Positions 47,292 through 59,149 of a DNA stretch of 64,000 nt are shown in pieces. Every line of letters starts with the position of its first letter. The stretch's first letter is position 1. The notes beneath the pieces are model-generated. The model did not search any database. It was not told where the DNA came from and saw only the letters and a list, made by a program, of their open reading frames with translations. The DNA lies in the NCBI RefSeq assembly GCF_016433145.1, contig NC_058130.1, positions 710,116,708 through 710,180,707 of the forward strand. The letters run 5' to 3'. Origin of the DNA: Gracilinanus agilis (lineage: Eukaryota). The translations under genes and the position numbers were made by a program.

Positions 47292-49529
47292 ATGGGGAAC
47301 TGCCTGTCGTCGCAGCGATCCGGGACCGGGGCTGGAGACGAGGCGGGGGCCGGAGCCGCCGACGATCTGTCTCTGCTCAACGACTCCGGGGACGGGAACA
47401 GCCTCCCCGGGGACCTGCCGCCGCCCCCGCCGCCCCCGCCGCCCTACAGGGTGAGAACCGCGCCGGACAGACCGGGCTGGGAGCTGAGGAACGGGGCATC
47501 CACCACCCACTCCGCCCCACAGGAGCAGGGCTGGGCACAGGGAGAGACCCTAGGCATATGCCGCCATCCGCGCACCCCAGAAGGGCAGAGCAGGGCTCGA
47601 CTCGGGACAGGAAAACCCCTAGTGTCTTCGACCACCCCTAGAGAGGCAAGGCTAAGTCTTGAATAGGGTAACTCTGCCATTATTCAACTCATTGCCCCAG
47701 GGCAGAGCAGAACTGGGAACGGGGACCTTGAGAATCTACCTGAAACCACCCAGCTTCCTAGAGAGAGAAGGCAAGATTAGGCAGATAGGACTTAAGTCAT
47801 CTCACTTATCACCTCCAGAGAGGAAGGGCTGGGCTGGGCACAGGGAAATCCCTGGGCATCCCCACCACCCATGGCCTCCAGAGGGTCAGGAGGAACTGGG
47901 GACAGGAAGATCTCAGCGTTCCACTTCAACAACTCTGAAAGTCAGGCTGTGCAGAAGACAGGAAACTTTTGGAATCTACTCTTTTCACCTTAAGGAGTGG
48001 ACAGGAGTAAAGCAGAAGGATTAGGGAATGGGGGATCCTGGAATTTGCCAAGCTGGGGACAGAAGGACTGACTAGAAGTCCCAAAAGAAATGCAGAGGCC
48101 TTCCTACTGAATAAAATCATTAGACAATGGAAATAGCACAGGATTCAGGAAGGAGACCTCTTTGAATTCTAGCTCAGGCAGTTACTACCCTGTGAACTTG
48201 GGCAAATCCTGTCCCTTCTGTTTCCTTCTTTGGAAGATAAAGCGGTTGGATTAAATGATCTCTCAGGCCTCTCCAGCTCTAGATCTTATGATCATACACA
48301 GAGATAGGGGAACTTATTTAAATCAAGCAAGTCAATATTGAATTGAGATAGTGATATTGGACAGGGAGGGATATGGGCTCAGTTCCATTCAGGTGGAGCA
48401 CTTGATTTTGTAAGTAGGAGGATTCTCAGGGAACTGTAGTATTGACCCTATTAAGGCAGGCCTAGAACTAGACTACTTGAGGAGACCAATGGGAGCTAGA
48501 CCCAGGCAGGTTGAAAGATGAGTTTCCCAGAGACAAGTTGCCATGTATATCCTGTCCCCATTCCCCCCCTCCCCCCAGGGACGGGAGCCAATCCCAGTGT
48601 ACCACCCATCTCCGGGCCAGAGTCGACTGGCCACACAGCTCACAGAGGAGGAGCAGATCCGCATCGCCCAGAGAATTGGCCTGATCCAGCACCTGCCCAA
48701 GGGTATCTTCGACCCTGGCTCTGAGGGGTCCGAAAAGAAAATGAAAGAGTAAGGGTGGGGAATAAGATGAGGATGCCCCAGGCTCCAGAAGGGAATGTTG
48801 CTGTATATCTGCAGGCTAGTCCTCCTGGAAGCAGGGATCTGTGACCCTTCAGTAGCTGAAGCTGCCTTTTTTGTCTTTTTAAAAAGTAGATCTGGGAAAA
48901 TACCCAGGCCTCTGCGACATACCTGTTGTGTCTCTGACAGGATCCTTAAGTTTGGCACCAGTTGCTCCATTTTGGGGGCTCACTGTCCACTCCTTGCCCC
49001 ACCCACCCAAACCTGCCAGCTCCAGAAGGACAAGGTTTTGGGTCTCTCCCAAGCCATGAACTCAAGGGCAGGGCCATGGTCTTCTACTTTTCTGTTTTCT
49101 CCAGACAGATCCCCAAGAGCAAGTCCAAGGTCTGCCATTCCTTGTCTCTCCCAGCTGACATCCTTGAAGGCAGGCCCTAGTATCTCCTCAATCAACAATG
49201 TAGTTCAAGGCTGGGTGCACAAGGGGAAGCCTCTGTGGCAATTAGAGATGAGATACTGGGCTGGAGTGGCCTGGGAATGGAGGGGACAGGGTCGGGAGGG
49301 TGGAGAAAAGGGCGAGAACTGGCAATACATATTCTCATCCATCCCTGGTCCCTGCAGGTGTGTGATCTGCATGTTGGACTTTGTGTATGGGGATGCCATA
49401 CGCTTCTTGCCATGCCTGCACACCTACCACGTCCACTGCATTGATGACTGGCTCATGCGCTCTCTCACATGTCCCTCTTGCATGGAGCCAGTGGACGCAG
49501 CCCTGCTTTCCTCCTATGAGACAAGCTGA
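47292..49529 (+). CDS. RNF11-like RING-H2 protein (RNF11 paralogue), 3 exons, 166 aa
   Basis: Exons 47292-47450 (159 nt), 48579-48748 (170 nt), 49358-49529 (172 nt), all GT-AG. MGNCLSSQRSGTGAGDEAGAGAADDLSLLNDSGDGNSLPGDLPPPPPPPPPYR|GREPIPVYHPSPGQSRLATQLTEEEQIRIAQRIGLIQHLPKGIFDPGSEGSEKKMKE|CVICMLDFVYGDAIRFLPCLHTYHVHCIDDWLMRSLTCPSCMEPVDAALLSSYETS*. RNF11-family hallmarks: MGNC, DDxSLL, PPxY, RING-H2 C3H2C3. Confidence 0.93.
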
Positions 49530-50689
49530 ATTTGGAACCTGGCAGCCAACATGTCCCCTGGGCCTACTCAGGTGAGCCCTGGGGAAAAGCAGCAGCAATA
49601 GCTGCTGGAGCTAGAAATTTTTTACATTTGGGGAACTGAATACTGAAACTAGGCAGGTCCCCATCCAAGAGGTTGCTGTTCTATGGATGTCCTGGCCTCA
49701 GATACATCATGCTAACTTTTCAGTGTCCCTAGCTCAAGTTTGATGCTTTTCAAGTAAAGTTACTCCAGTTTCCTCTCCCCCCAAAACCCATCTCTAGACT
49801 ATTTTTACCACTGTTTTTAAAGATGATCCTGAAAACTAATCTTTTTCAACCCTATTGCTGAACCCCAGAGCCTAGTACCTGAATCTTCTTTTAGGGGTGC
49901 TATATTTCAAATCCTAAAGTCAAACATCCACTGTGGCTAAAGTCCAGTGAGGACTGGAGTGGTGAGGGTGCAGGAAGAACAGATTATACGTTGGTCCCCT
50001 CTGTGTGGGCCTTTGCTGGTGGGAATTGAAAGCCAGGCCACTTTTGCAAACAAGCCTGATGTTTTGCTATCTCCCTTTTATCTTCTGGAAGTAGAAGGAA
50101 ACTTGTCTCCCTTCTTGTACCTGTGACCTACCCCAAGCCAATTTGAGTCAGAATTCCAACCCTTCCCCTCAGTTGGGCCAACTTTGATCAGTCACAATAC
50201 CTATTCTGTTCTTTCATAATCTTGGGAGTTGGACAAATGGGATTGGGGTAGTCATCTCTTCTACCCCTATTCCTTGGACAAGTTGAGTCTTGCTTACCTT
50301 AAGGCCTTGGTTTAGAGCTGAGGACAATGGATCATGCATGACCTGCTTTGGGGAGGTTCTTAGGTTTGGGTTGTGTTTTTTTTGTTTGTTTTTTTAAGCC
50401 AAACTGTGGATCGGGGATGCAGAGAGGGAAGCAGCATGGCATGGTTTCACACATATGGCTCACCTGAGGAAGTACTGCCTTCAACATAGCCGAGACCCCA
50501 CCCCCACCCATCCTAGGGCACAGGCCTCCTTTCTGCTGGCAGGGGCTTTTGCTCCTGGTCATTGTGGTGTCCCCAGGCCACCCCCACTCTAGAGGGAGGG
50601 TGACTAGAGAGGAACCTTATAAATGATTATCTCTGGGCTAGTTCCAGTAGAAGAAATGAACAGGGCCCCTGATCATGTGGAAGACAAGC

Positions 50690-50695
50690 AATAAA
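50690..50695 (+). terminator. AATAAA poly(A) signal for the RNF11-like gene
   Basis: First AATAAA after the stop (about 1.16 kb), followed by TGTGTTG; a second AATAAA lies at 50818-50823. Confidence 0.6.
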
Positions 50696-51056
50696 ATGTG
50701 TTGCACATAAAATGGACCCCATGTACTGTTTGAATGAGAATCAGAGCTGGAGAAAACCAAGGGCATTCAGTCCTATAGACCCAAAGAAACAAGGTTAAAA
50801 TTCAAGTCATACAATTAAATAAAAGACCTATAAGCTTGTTAAAGCCAACAGAACAGAACTTCAGGCCTCAGGATCCCTGGGAGAGAGAACCCAAGTCCTT
50901 GTGGATTCTTCAGAAGAGCTGGTATTACTTGTCACAAGCATACAGGTCCTAGAGAAACCTGATCAGAATACAGCTTGGCTCAGCTCTTCAGACAGTGGGT
51001 AGAATTGCTCTCACCACTTCTGAACAAGTGTAGAGCCCTATTTTTCTGTACAGAGT

Positions 51057-51260
51057 ACTTTTTTTTTTTAAATTAAAACCTTGTCTTAGAATCAATACTG
51101 GGTATTACTTCTAAGACAGAAGAGTGGTAAGGGCTAGGCAATGGGGGTTAAGTTGACTTGCCCCGGGTCACAGAGCTAGGAAGTGTCTGAGGCCACATTT
51201 GAACACAGGACCTTCTGTCTCTGGGCCTGACTCAGTCCACTGAGCCACCCAGCTGCCCCC
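51057..51260 (-). mobile_element. SINE1-type SINE
   Basis: Reverse-complement SINE body ending CCACTGAGCCACCCAGCTGCCCC. Confidence 0.85.
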
Positions 51261-51636
51261 TAGAGTAGACTTTTAAAGGGTGTTAAAGTTTCTTCCTGTA
51301 CTGAACTTAGATCCTATGTACCTGTTGAGGTCAGAGAGAGAGCTCAAATAGCCTGAGAACTCATAGCCACTGCCAGTGAAGTGAATAAATCTACTTAGGG
51401 TACTAATTCTCACTTGGCCCAAGCTATTCTAGAAAATAGCTGTTGGAGATCAAATGCATCAGCAGATTTCATTCTCCCTGGGGCCTGGCAATTAAGAGGT
51501 AAAATTCAAATCTAGACTCTCTTGCCCCTTTTTCTAAAAGTATGACCTATAGCAAGTCACTTAACCTTAATTTCTTCATTTATAAAATGAAAAGGATTGG
51601 ACTTGGTGGGCTATAAGGTCCCTTCCAGCTCAATAT

Positions 51637-51837
51637 TTTTTTTTAACCCTTACTTTCCATCTTGTAATCAATACTGTGTATTGGCTCCAAGGCATAAGAA
51701 TGGTATGGGTAGGCAATGGGGGTCAAGTGACTTGCCCAGGGTCACATGGCTGGGAAGTGTCTGAGGACAGATTTGAACCTAGGACTTCCCGTCTCTAGGC
51801 CTGGCTCTCAATCCACTGAGCTACCCAGCTGCACCCC
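51637..51837 (-). mobile_element. SINE1-type SINE with TSD
   Basis: CCAGCTCAA(T/C)AT at 51625-51636 and 51838-51849. Confidence 0.88.
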
Positions 51838-51966
51838 CCAGCTCAACATCTCTTGAGCCTGTGATCCTCAGGCCTGGGACTCCAGCTTAGAACAACAAAG
51901 CTAGCAGGCAGGGGACATAAGCTGCCTCCAGAAGGAACACATACAGGCGGCTCTTAGATCACTTTT

Positions 51967-51972
51967 TTTATT
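51967..51972 (-). terminator. Candidate distal AATAAA for TRIR
   Basis: TTTATT on +; a proximal ATTAAA candidate lies at 53361-53366. Confidence 0.4.
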
Positions 51973-53706
51973 TTCATTTAAAGTCAGCATTTTTTAACAT
52001 TAATTCCTTGAGGAAGGGTAAAGGGGCCACACAAAGGGATGTGTGTGGGGGTGGAGAAAGGGAGCCAGAAGGAGGAAAAATGACCAGTGGCTGCTCTAAG
52101 TTCAGACAAGAGCAGCACCACAGGACAGCAGGAACTACACCATTACCACCCCCCTGCATCCTGAAGCATTACCTCACTGTCCAGGGACAAGCACCATCCA
52201 TGCTACTGGGGGGGGGGGGGCGGGCGGGAAGAAGAGGCCTTTTAGGAAGAAAAGGGAAAGCACAAGGAGCAAAAGCCCCAACCAGCCTTCAGGGGGGAAA
52301 CTTGCCCCCAAGGCTACCTAAGACATCAAACTGGGATCAGACAGAAAACATCATTCAGAGGCAAGGGACAGTCTTCACTCCCCAGTCAGGTTCACTTTCC
52401 CTAAGCCAAGGGGCAAGAGACACATACTGGGTCAAAGGAATTGTCCCTTCAATTTTCCCGACACAACACACAGGAAACACTTGCCCCACCACACCTCCCC
52501 AGGCACCTAAATACAGGCTGAAGGGGACAATTATAATAAAGGCAAAAATCAAAGTTAAATTTGAGGTGTCCCTGAAGCATGGCCTTAGATAAGCGCCTTC
52601 AGAGGAAAACACATACTCAAAAAAACATCACATTTATGAAAGGGATGTAATGGGGCAAGCCAGAAGTTTAGGTTTTGGAGTAGGTATTTAGGGGTAGGGA
52701 GGGACTGAGGGAGACATGGGCACTTGGATTTAGGACGTGTGGACACTAAGTGGTTTTTTAAAATCAAGTTTTAGAAGAGTCTTGCTTGGCCTGAAGGTGA
52801 GGGAATTGGCACAGATGCTGGCCTCATGGCAGGCCAACCAGTTATAAAAGAAGTCTGATGATGTTACTCCCTTTGAGGGTCATAGTGATTCAAAGGGACC
52901 TTAGAGAGGGGAGTTATGGACATCTGGGGAGAGGGGAAAGTAGAAGACTTGGGGGAAATAGCTAGGGGCATGAAATAAATTTCACAGGGGACTTGGGCGG
53001 AGGAAAGAAGTCAATCTAGAGAAAAAATAACACACATCAAACGACACTGAACTCCAATGTCCAGTGCCACCTGCCAGCCCCACCCAAATCACCATAGCCC
53101 AAATACATTACAGGGCAGGAGCCAGGCTGCTAAGAGCCCCAGCAAAACCCACTAGCACTATCTCCAGAAAGGAGGTTGGGTTTTTTTTGTTTTTGTTTTT
53201 TTTTCTGACAAGCCCTTACCATCCAGGGGGGCAGAGATGGTTTTCCAAAAGGTACCAGGAGTCTACCAAACCAGAGGGGCCCCTAGAAAAGATGGCAGCA
53301 CCAACACAGGCCCTGGATATAATTCAGGGTGAAGTCATTCTCAATTTCCTAGCCTGTCTTTTTAATTAAAAAAAAAAAAGAAAGAAAAGAAAAGAAACAA
53401 AAATCCTCCAGCTATTTAGTTGAGTTCTTTACTTCCCAGAAGTGATGGGGAAGATAGAGAGGGAGGGATGAAGGATCGGAGGGGAGAGTGGTGGGGAGGA
53501 AAAAAAGATCAAGAGAAACAGTAAACCACGTACTAATAAGTCTCAGAAGTCAAGTGCTCAAGGTATAAAAAATCTTGAAGAATCATCCGCTGGCGCCAGA
53601 AAGCTACAAGTTTGTCTTCTGTGTTTGAGTCCTTGGTGAAAATGCTATTGTTCTTTTGCTGCGTTAAATAAGTATGTACAATGCAGAAAGTCCTTGGCGG
53701 AAAGAG

Positions 53707-54992
53707 TTATTTCACCAGGGGCCGGGTTTTGTCATCATCACTGCACTGATGTGCCTTGTATTTTTTCACTTCCGCCATGTACTTGGCCCAAGCATCTCCT
53801 TTACTTGTCATAACCTGGGGAGCAGGGACAAAGGGGGGAGGGGGAACAGGCACACAAGCCATGAGGCCCAGAAGCAAGGGGCTTCAAAACACCCAAGGCC
53901 CAGTTCTTCCCCTGGTCTTAGACCTTGGCCTGCTAGATTTGGTGTAAGGAGCCAGGTTCACAGTCACATAGAAGGGGAAAAGTCCCTTCACTTCTGAAGT
54001 CTGGGACTTTTGCGGTGACTTGGACCAGCCTATTCTCCCTGACAGAAAAGTCATCCCTAGACCCCAAGACTGTACATGCTGCTGGCACTCACCTCATCCT
54101 CGGTCTTCTGCTTCTTGGCTACTATTCCTGTCTTGAGGGCTAGCTTGTTCCCGCCTCTCCGCTTGCCCACCTGGGTGAAGGGATAGAAGACTGCAACCAT
54201 TATAGGAGCCCTGGGGGCTGCCCTGGCGGCCATGTAGCCCACTATACAACGGGACAGGGAGTCCTGGCCTTAGATCATCTTAGCTCCTCATGCCTGTCGT
54301 GTAGTACCAAGCCGTGCCCAGCCTGGCCAACCTACGCAGCAATCAGAGAGGAGCACAAGGGACTTCTCAGGACGATGCAGCCCGAACTTGCTCAGTCAGC
54401 CCGGGCAGGGCAGTGAGCCTGGTGATAACCCTGGCTCCAACTAACACCATCCCTTGACCCCCAGTCAGACCCTCCTCTTCCCCAAGAGAGCCCCACAAAA
54501 GAGCTAAAAGCACAGAGATTAGACAGCCAACTGCCCCACACCATTTGGTTATCTCAATGGCGAAGCTTGGAAAGACCCTGAAGGCCCCAGCTCCAGCCTC
54601 TGATGTCTCAGCTGGTATCAGTCTGGCCGGTTCACGAACATTTTTCTTATGCTGTCTCCCCTCCTTCCCGGTCCCCGACACTCTTCCAACAGCTTTCCAA
54701 ACCGCAGCTTGCCCCCGCCCCTCCCGCCCCGCTCCCTCCAGAACAAGGAGGGGTAGCAAAGGTCGAATTTTTGGGAGGGAGGGTGACAAAAATCGGGGCC
54801 CGGAACGGGCAGCTCCAGGGTTTAAAAGGCGGGGAGGGGAAAGCCCTTTGAGCGACGCCCCCACCCCCAGCCTGACCCGCACCGCGGCCCCCGGGATGGC
54901 CGGGCGTGCGGAGTCCGAGGGGAGGCCCGTGCTACGGGGCCCTCGGCAAGGTGGCGGCGCCAGGCTCGCCCTCCCCCGCCCCAGGGAAGGGG

Positions 54993-55034
<42 letters not shown>

Positions 55035-55475
55035 CGCGGCGCGGCCCGTCCCGCCCTCCCGCGGGCGGCGGCTCCTTACGAAGCTGAGCGCCGCCGGGCC
55101 GGGCCCGCTCCTCTTCTTCGGCTCGCCGCCGCCGGCGGGAGTCGGGGCGGCGGCGGCCCCCGGGGGCGGCGGCGGCTCATCTGGACTCTGCTGCTGCTGC
55201 CGCTGCCGCCGCCGCTCCTCCTCCTCCTCCATCTTCCGCTTGAACAGCTCCAGGAAGCTGCCGTCGTTGGCGAACAGGTTCACGCCCCCCGAGGCCGGGC
55301 CCGACGCCGCTGTCGCGTCCTCCTCCTCCTCCCCGGCTCCCGAGCCCGCCCCGGACTCGGCCCCAGCGCCGCCTGGCCCGGGCCACCGGCTCCCGCCTCC
55401 CCCGCCAGCGCCGCCGCCCGCGGGGCCCGACGGCTCCCGGCCCGCAGGCTCCGCCCGTCTCCCTCGGGCCGCCAT
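53707..55475 (-). CDS. TRIR: Telomerase RNA component interacting RNase (C19orf43), 3 exons, 193 aa
   Basis: Exons 55080-55475, 54093-54170, 53707-53814 (582 nt). MAARGRRAEP...VNLFANDGSFLELFKRKMEEE...ALSF|VGKRRGGNKLALKTGIVAKKQKTEDE|VMTSKGDAWAKYMAEVKKYKAHQCSDDDKTRPLVK*. The ATG lies in a YY1-type CAAAATGGCGGC. Confidence 0.97.
54995..55032. repeat. (CT)n microsatellite in TRIR intron 1
   Basis: About 18 CT units. Confidence 0.9.
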
Positions 55476-56278
55476 TTTGTGACCAGGTGCCGCGCAAAGG
55501 AGACTGGGAAGGTTCCCGGCCCCGCGCAAAGCCCTCCCTCCCAGCGGCTTCCGGGCAAAGGATTCTGGGAAGCAACACCCTTTCTTTCTATCGCCCCTCC
55601 CAGGCCTCCCACCTCCGAACCTTAACTTGTTGAGGAGGGGAAGTAAAAAGGGGTGGAGAAAGAGTACTCTGTCCCAGGCCACTCCTTATTTGAGCCTCCG
55701 TTTCCCTGTCTGTAATAGGTATATAGTGCTTAAATGTTTCCCCATTCCTAGGGTCGATTTTCCGAAGTTCCTTCCAGCTCCAAATAAGCCCATCCTCACC
55801 TACCTGTATGACCTGGGACAGCCCCAGGAGAATGCTGAGACCCTGGCTGCAGGGCTGCCTCTGGCATTCTATCGGAACGATGACCCTAAGCACATTTAAC
55901 CTCTCGGATCTTGAGTTCCTCCAAGTACGAAATGGGCATAATAAAAACGTGCAACTCCTGGAAACAGCACTTTGATTAACTGTAGAGCACCATATAAATG
56001 AGCATTATTGGGCAAATCACTTCCTCTATCTGGCCTGTTTCTTCTTCAAGGGGCTAGTTGGTCTAAATAGATACACACTCAATAAGCATTTCCTCAGTGC
56101 TTACTAATGTTCAAGCCACTATGGGAGAAGAAAAATAGAGTCCCTGACCTCAGTAAGATTTCTCTAGTCAAGGAAACAAATGAATCAATTAAAGGCATTT
56201 ATTAAATACTTATTAAGTGCTTACATTTCTTTTGGTGATCTCATTGGCTAACATAGAATTGATTAGCTTCTCAATGTT

Positions 56279-56483
56279 TGTTTGTTTTTTTAAACCCTTA
56301 CCTTCTGTCTTGGAGTCAATACTGTGTATTGGCTTCAAGGCAGAAGAGTGGTAAGGGTAGGCAACGGGGTCAAGTGACTTACCCAGGGTCACCCAGCTGG
56401 GAAATGTCTAAGGTCAAATTTGAACCCAGGACTTCCCGTCTCTAAGCCTGGCTCAGAATCCACTGAGCTACCCAGCTGCCCCC
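56279..56483 (-). mobile_element. SINE1-type SINE with a perfect 14-bp TSD
   Basis: AGCTTCTCAATGTT at 56265-56278 and 56484-56497. Confidence 0.9.
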
Positions 56484-56499
56484 AGCTTCTCAATGTTGA

Positions 56500-57330
56500 T
56501 AATTAACTTGGTCTCACATGCCTAGACATGTTCTCCTGGATGTCTCCTGCAAACTGAGTTCATCATCCCCTCACCCCCAAAGCCTTCCTTCTTCCTAACT
56601 TGCTATTATTGTTGTCACCTTCCCAGTCATCCAGACTCACAGCCTAGGTGTCTTCCTCAACTCCTCACTCTCTTCCCCCATAGCCAATCAACTGCCAAAT
56701 CCTGCTTTTTCTACCATTCTGATAACTCTTATACTTTCTCTCCTCTGGCTCTGTCACAAGCCTGGTATATAGATCCTTAAACCCTCATGACTAGATCATT
56801 GTAATAACCTGCTGGTTGGTCTGGCTCCCTCAAATCTCTTCCCACTCCAGTTTATCCTTCATTCAGCTATCAAATTGAACTTCCCAAATCTCAGGTCCAA
56901 AAAATGTCACCCCTCCTATTTAATAAACTCTTGTGGCTCCATATTACTTTCTGGATCAGATATAAAACTCACTATTTGGCTTTTGAAGCCTTTCATAACC
57001 TAACTCCTTACCTTTCTAGTCTTTTTATACCTTACTCTCTTTCATGGTCTCTGCAATCATTCCTCATATCCCAGTCTCCTTATCTTGGCTTTCAGAGCTA
57101 ACTTGTAATTTCAGTGCAAGTCCCACCTTCTAGAAAGAAACCTTTCCAAGCTCCTTAACCTTAGTTCCTTCCCTTTGAAATCTATAACTTATTCTGTTTA
57201 TATTTTTCGTACACAATTGTTTGTGTGTTGTCTCCCCCATTAGACTTCAAGTTCTTTGAAGGCAGGAACTTTTTTTTGCCTTTCTTTGTAGTCCAAGCAC
57301 TTAGCATAGTGCCTGGCCCTCAAGGTATTT
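56500..57330 (+). mobile_element. L2 LINE 3' fragment
   Basis: TCCCAGTCATCCAGACTCACAGCCTAGGTGTCTTCCTCAACTCCTC... ending CACTTAGCATAGTGCCTGGC. Confidence 0.7.
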
Positions 57331-58179
57331 AACCCTGCAGTGTACCCAATACTCAGCTAAGTACTAGGGAGATAAACATTAAAAAAAGCAACACTCCCTG
57401 GTGTCACAGGATTTATATTTTAATAAGGAAAGACAAACCATATTAAGCAATATAGTCCTTAAGGAGGAATGTTTTGGGAGTCAGTCATAAGGAGGTGAGT
57501 GAAGCCAAAGGACCTGAAATCTGAACATACAATAAACCTAGAATAATAGTGATAATAAATAGAATCTCAAAACATGAGACAGGCCATGATTGCTGATGTG
57601 CAGTGGGACTTTAAGGCTTCTATAAAGTTTTTCACTTGAACACTTTTGAGGTCAAAGAAGGAAGATTAGTTCTGATGCAATCAGGAAGGGTTCCTGGAAA
57701 TGCCACCTGAATTTAGATTTGGAAGATGTCTAGATCTCAAAAACCAAAGATGGGGGTGGGGAGGGACATCTGAGATAGAGCATACAGTGGCCAAAGGCTG
57801 GCAAGAATGAATTGTTTATATAAGGGTTAGCAAAGAATCCAGTTGTGCTGGAGTATAGCTAAATGAAAGGGAATATTAGTGTGAGACAAGTCTGGAAATG
57901 TAGGAAAAATAGGGGAGCCTCTTCATGATCTCAAATCCTAGATCCATGCAGAAACTCTAGTGTATACTCACATAGCTCTTGGGGTCTATAAAGCACCCAC
58001 AGACATATTGACCAAACCTAAGAACTAAGCCCACTACTAGAGCAATGAGGGCTCCTTCCAAAACTGAAGGATGGGAGTTGGGGGTCCCAGGCAGCTGGTC
58101 CTCATCTCAGCAGTCTCTTTGGCTTCTGCCCAGGTGATCTGAAGTGGAAGGGACACAGGACTCAAGAACCAGAAGTCCT

Positions 58180-58360
58180 GGGGCAGCTGGGTAGTTCAGT
58201 GGATTGAGAGTCGGGCCTAGAGATGGGAGGTCCTAGGTTCAAATTTGGCCTCAGACACTTCCCAGCCATGTGACCCTGGGCAAGTCACTTGACCCCCATT
58301 GCCCACCCTTACCACTCTTCCACCAAGGAGCAGAAGTTAAGGGTTTAAAAAAAAAAAAAA
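58180..58360 (+). mobile_element. SINE1-type SINE (short-tail variant) with TSD
   Basis: GAA(C/T)CAGAAGTCCT at 58166-58179 and 58361-58374. Confidence 0.88.
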
Positions 58361-58419
58361 GAATCAGAAGTCCTAGGTCTAAAAAATGCAATGGGTGAAA
58401 CTCAAAAAGCAGCAGCTTT

Positions 58420-58900
58420 CAATTCAACAAATATTTATTAAGCATATGTATTGTGGAAGACACAGTGCTAGCTGCCAGGGATGAAAAAGCAAACACTAGA
58501 CCAACTTTGTCCTCAAAGGTCTTACATTCTACTGGGTGGGAGGGGAAGGAGACAGGGTGTGTACATAGACAAGTAAATACAGGGTAATGTTAGAAAAGAT
58601 CAAATACTAATATTTAAGGATGCCTGAGAAGGCTTCTTGGAGGAGGTGGCTGAACTGCAAAGGTAACTAAGTTTTCTGAAAGGTGGAGATAAGGAATTAA
58701 TTCTAAGCAGTGTGGAGTGAATAGCCTCAGGGAATTTTGTCTTTTGTACTAACCACAATCAGAAGCCACTGAAAATTTTTGGGCAGGACACTGACATGGA
58801 CAGAGCTGGACCTTAAAATTAATTTAGTATCTGTTTTGAGGACAGAGTTTCAAGAAAAGAGAGTAGATGTTAGGAGACCATCCTGTTCCAGCAAGGGTTG
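58420..58900 (-). mobile_element. L2 LINE 3' end
   Basis: TTCAATTCAACAAATATTTATTAAGC is the reverse complement of the L2 terminus. Confidence 0.65.
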
Positions 58901-59149
58901 ATCAGACCCTTACTATGTGCAAGCATTATGTCAGATTCCTAGGGATTAAAAATCTAAATGAAAAACCGTTTCCTGACCTTATGAAGCTAACACTTTATAG
59001 GAAGAGCTATTCCATAAACAAAGATTAATGATAAGGCGAGAGGTGACCAGTGCTAGAATTTTACTTGTGAGTAAAAGGGAGATAGACAGGTATATAACAT
59101 GTGTGTACACATATACACACATATGTAAACTATATTTTAAAATAATTTT

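Noticed and set aside
48795-49529. 244-aa ORF reading from intron 2 into the RING exon of the RNF11-like gene
   Set aside because: The first 188 codons have no RNF11 similarity and lie between a good donor (48749) and acceptor (49357). Retaining the intron meets TAA immediately (48750-48752). Most likely a chance open intronic frame, though an internal-start isoform cannot be excluded without RNA data.
52008-52592. 194-aa plus-strand ORF between the RNF11-like gene and TRIR
   Set aside because: Non-ATG start (TTG), no recognisable domain or splice structure; lies antisense to the probable TRIR 3' UTR.
54545-55625. Long plus-strand ORFs (180 and 239 aa) opposite TRIR
   Set aside because: Shadow ORFs of a GC-rich CpG island; low complexity, no domain.
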